From assembly GCA_051294375.1 (NCBI GenBank), contig JBJCIZ010001617.1, forward strand, positions 1-22,934: a DNA stretch of 22,934 nucleotides, written 5' to 3'. The notes under the pieces were generated by a model, which did no database searches, was not told the origin of the DNA, and saw only the letters and a program-made list of their open reading frames with translations. The translations under genes and the position numbers were made by a program. Every line of letters begins with the position of its first letter. Within the stretch, counting starts at the first letter, position 1. The DNA is from Paraspadella gotoi. Taxonomy: Eukaryota > Animalia > Chaetognatha. Of this stretch, positions 19,849 through 22,934 are shown one piece after another.

Positions 19849-20313
19849 ACGTGAGGTCTCCAAAACTGATAGCGGAGAATTTTCGAAAAAAGCAAAGTCG
19901 CCAAACGAATAACGAGAACAACAACAACGACAACAACAATTCGGGCCAACTTACGCTGTTGTGCTAAGAGAAATGCTTCTCCGACAAAAAGAAGACAACG
20001 AAGAAAAGAAAGAAAAGGAGACGAAAATACGACGAATATCCTTGTTGCTTCTAGTCAACAGCGGAGTCTGAGTTTTTCCTTTGTCGTCCTGCATAACTCA
20101 CGAAAACTCGACTGTTGACGTTACAGTTACCTTTATTATTATATTGGGATTTTAGAAATTTGTAGTTTTGAATATTTAAGAATCATTCAATAGGTTTTAT
20201 TTATAATTGTAATATACCCGATGGTATATATTTGTTTTTATATTATAACATACTTAGAAACAGTGTCAACAATATTATTGAAATTATTTAACCCAATATT
20301 TCAACAGGGGGCG
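19849..20313 (+). repeat. Duplicated pol 3' tail, 3' UTR and PPT
   Basis: Repeats 18895-19363 (equivalent to 11984-12456 in copy 1). Confidence 0.92.
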
Positions 20314-20797
20314 TGTAGCCACCTCGATCAAATTAATTTCTATATAAAAATAATTCATCCGCTCCGAGTTAGAACCCGGGATAAAGACTTGGATGCCTGA
20401 CCGACCGCTGGGCCAACCAGTCAACTACCAAAAATCAAACTTCGAAATCCTTACTTAAACCTTTAATGGATTACAAGACTTTGTCTCTTCCCAGGATCAC
20501 ACCAAATTCAACACAAGATGTCACTATGATTATTTTTGTTTAATGATTGCTTCCTTATATTGATTGTAAACTGATTCATTCAGTCTGGCTTTTACTCTCA
20601 AAAAGAATAAACCTGATCTAAAACTTTATTCTTCAATGTTTTTAATTAAGTCTCACAAATGTAATAATACATCTATGCTACTGAGAAATTAAACAGTCTA
20701 ATCATTAAGACCAACGTTAAGCCTTCCCTGCGCTCGGACCTTAAGTGATGAATCACCAAGTCTCACGATCTTAGAACCTCAACGTCACCTTGCCACA
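20314..20797 (+). repeat. Terminal (third) LTR of copy 2
   Basis: TGTAGCCACC...CCTTGCCACA followed by AT-rich flank. Confidence 0.92.
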
Positions 20798-21060
20798 TTT
20801 TTTTTGTATAAGTTCATCTTCTTGTCGGATAATGGTGATTTTTAATGTCATATAAAGTGCTATTAAAATGAGCAATAAGTTGTATGAATAAAATCAAATT
20901 ATTAAGAATTTTATAAAAGCCATTTATATGAGCTTCATAATATAAAATAAAGACCCATTATAAATATTTGGTAAGTTTATTTACAAATTTTATATTTTAT
21001 TAATAGGTTGTTAGCTAATTATTAATAAATAATGAATAAAAAATAAGCCTAAAGTGAAAA
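20798..21060 (+). repeat. Right copy of ~255-bp flanking direct repeat
   Basis: Colinear with 13277-13530 and starts exactly at the LTR end. Confidence 0.85.
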
Positions 21061-21531
21061 ATTAAAAATTTAAAATTTTAACCATGATTTAATTCCTTAC
21101 AAAAAGTTGATATAAGAAAATATAATCCATTTTTATAACAAATTTCTTTCATTAAGTAGGTTAAAAAATATTGAAAACTATATTTTAGTAAATTTTAAAT
21201 TAATAGTAAAATTATAGTTTTTCTGATATTTTGACCAAACTTAATGACATAATTTTGATATAAAAATTATATTTTCTTATCATCAACTTTTTGCCAAAGA
21301 ATGCAAATCAATGAAAAATTTTGAAATTTATCTTTTACTTTAGCCAATTTTATTCATATTATTAATAAATATAGTTAACTAACTTTTATAAAATCAAAAT
21401 TTGAAATAAACTTCGCAAAATATTTTTATAATCTTTTTTATCAAGCTTATTTTATAAATTTTAATAAGACATCTATAAGGTTAAATAATTTTATTACATA
21501 AAACATTTTACAAAGATAAATTATAAAAAAA

Positions 21532-22021
21532 TGTGGCAAGGTGACGTGAGTTCTAAGATCGTGAGACTTGGTGATTCACACTTAAGGATCCGGAGCGCAG
21601 GGAAGGCTTAACGTTGGTCTTAATGATTAGACTGTTTAATTTCTCAGTAGCATATGTATTATTTACATTTGTGAGACTTAATTAAAAACATTGAAGATAA
21701 AGTTAGATCAGGTTTATTCTTTTTGAGAGTAAAAGCCAGACTGAATGAATCGTTTACAATCAATAATAAGGAAAGGCAATATTAAACAAAATAATAATTC
21801 AATAGTGACATCTTGTGTGAATTTGGTTGTGATCCTTGGGAGAAGACAAAGTCTTGATAATCCATTAAAGGTTTTAAGTAAGGATTTTCGAAGTTGATTT
21901 TGGTGAGTTGACTGGTTGGCCAGGTCGCTCGGTCAAGGCATCCCAAGTCTTTGATCCGGGTTCAACTCCGGTGCGGATGAATTATTTTTATAATAGAATT
22001 AATTTGATCGAGGTGGCTACA
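21532..22021 (-). repeat. LTR, inverted mirror of 20314-20797
   Basis: TGTGGCAAGG...GGTGGCTACA followed by CGCCCCCT (PPT complement). Confidence 0.92.
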
Positions 22022-22484
22022 CGCCCCCTGTTGAAATATATGGGTTAAATAATTTCATAATATTGTTGACACTCGTTTTTAAAGTATGTTTTAAATATAA
22101 AAACAAATATATACATCGGTATATACAATTAATAAATAAACTATGAATGATTCTTAAATATTCAAAACTACAAAATTTCTAAAATCCAATATAATAATAC
22201 AAGGTACTGTAACGTCACAGTCGGAGTTTTCGTTGTAGGTTGATGCAGGACGACAAGGAAACTACGACTCCGGCTGTGACTAGAGCAACAAGGATATTTC
22301 GTCGTTATTTTCGTCTCCTTTTTCTTTCTTTTCTTCGTTGTCTTCTTTTTGTCGGAGAAGCATTTCTCTTTAGCACAACAGCGTAAGTTGGCGATTGTTG
22401 TGTCGTTGTTGTTGTTCTCGTTATTCGTTGGCGACTTTGCTTTTTCGAAAAAATCTCCGCTATCAGTTTTGGAGACCTCCACGT
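22022..22484 (-). repeat. Inverted pol tail/UTR/PPT, mirror of 19849-20313
   Basis: Minus-strand ORF fragment contains TWRSPKLIAE. Confidence 0.9.
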
Positions 22485-22934
22485 TGGCAAGGTGACGTTG
22501 AAGGTTCTAAGATCGTGAGACTGGTGATTCATCACTTAAGGATCCGGAGCGCAGGGAAGGCTTAACGTGGTCTTAATGATTAGACTGTTTAATTTCTCAG
22601 TAGCATAATGTATTATTTACATTTGTTGAGACTTAATTAAAACATTGAAGAATAAAGTTTAGATCAGGTTTATTCTTTTTGAGAGTAAAAGCCAGACTGA
22701 ATGAATCAGTTTTACAATCAATAATAAGGAAGGAATCATTAAACAAAATAATATTCATAGTGACATCTTGTGTTGAATTTGGTGTGATCCTTGGAGAAGA
22801 CAAAAGTCTTGATAATCCATAAAGGTTAAGTAAGATTTCGAAGTTGAGTTTTTGGAGTTACTTGGTTGGCCCAGGTCGCTCGGTCAAGGCATCCCAAGTC
22901 TTTGATCCGCGGTTCAACTCCGGGAGCGGATGAA
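22485..22934 (-). repeat. LTR, inverted mirror of 19404-19848, cut by the window end
   Basis: TGGCAAGGTGACG...GAGCGGATGAA, lacking LTR nt 1-40. Confidence 0.9.

Larger units (their letters stand above)
13531..20797 (+). mobile_element. Ty3/Gypsy retrotransposon copy 2, three-LTR structure
   Basis: Same sequence as copy 1 with many small indels: LTR-PBS-gag-pol-PPT-LTR-[pol tail-UTR-PPT]-LTR. Confidence 0.93.
21197..22934 (-). repeat. Fold-back inverted copy of ~19404-21196
   Basis: Symmetry centre in AAAACTATATTTTAGTAAATTTT|AAATTAATAGTAAAATTATAGTTTT. Flank, LTR, PPT, pol tail, junction and second LTR all recur in reverse complement. Confidence 0.92.

Noticed and set aside
22305-22535. LTR/pol-tail fusion ORF across the duplication junction
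   Set aside because: Short, frameshifted by indels, and not called as an ORF in the + strand copy.

Overview
Eukaryotic, AT-rich, (GA)n-rich repetitive DNA with no recognisable host gene. The window is dominated by a Ty3/Gypsy (Metaviridae) LTR retrotransposon of about 6.3 kb whose Gag CHCC motif (C-x2-H-x9-C-x3-C) and integrase GPF motif fit the CsRn1/Kabuki/Boudicca clade. Copy 1 (6690-12496) has intact gag and pol (PR-RT-RH-IN) joined by a -1 frameshift signal (G GGA AAC plus a predicted H-type pseudoknot), but its 3' LTR stops after 40 bp. Copy 2 (13531-20797) is near-identical but full of small indels that look like long-read error. It has three LTRs because a ~950-bp 3' unit is tandemly duplicated, and it is flanked by a ~255-bp direct repeat instead of a short TSD. 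The sequence folds back on itself at about 21196, so the last 1.7 kb is a reverse complement, probably an artefact. Most notable: every LTR that spans the region carries an antisense tRNA-like module (A box, B box/T-arm, oligo-T) near its 5' end. Host species cannot be determined and all alignments were done by eye.
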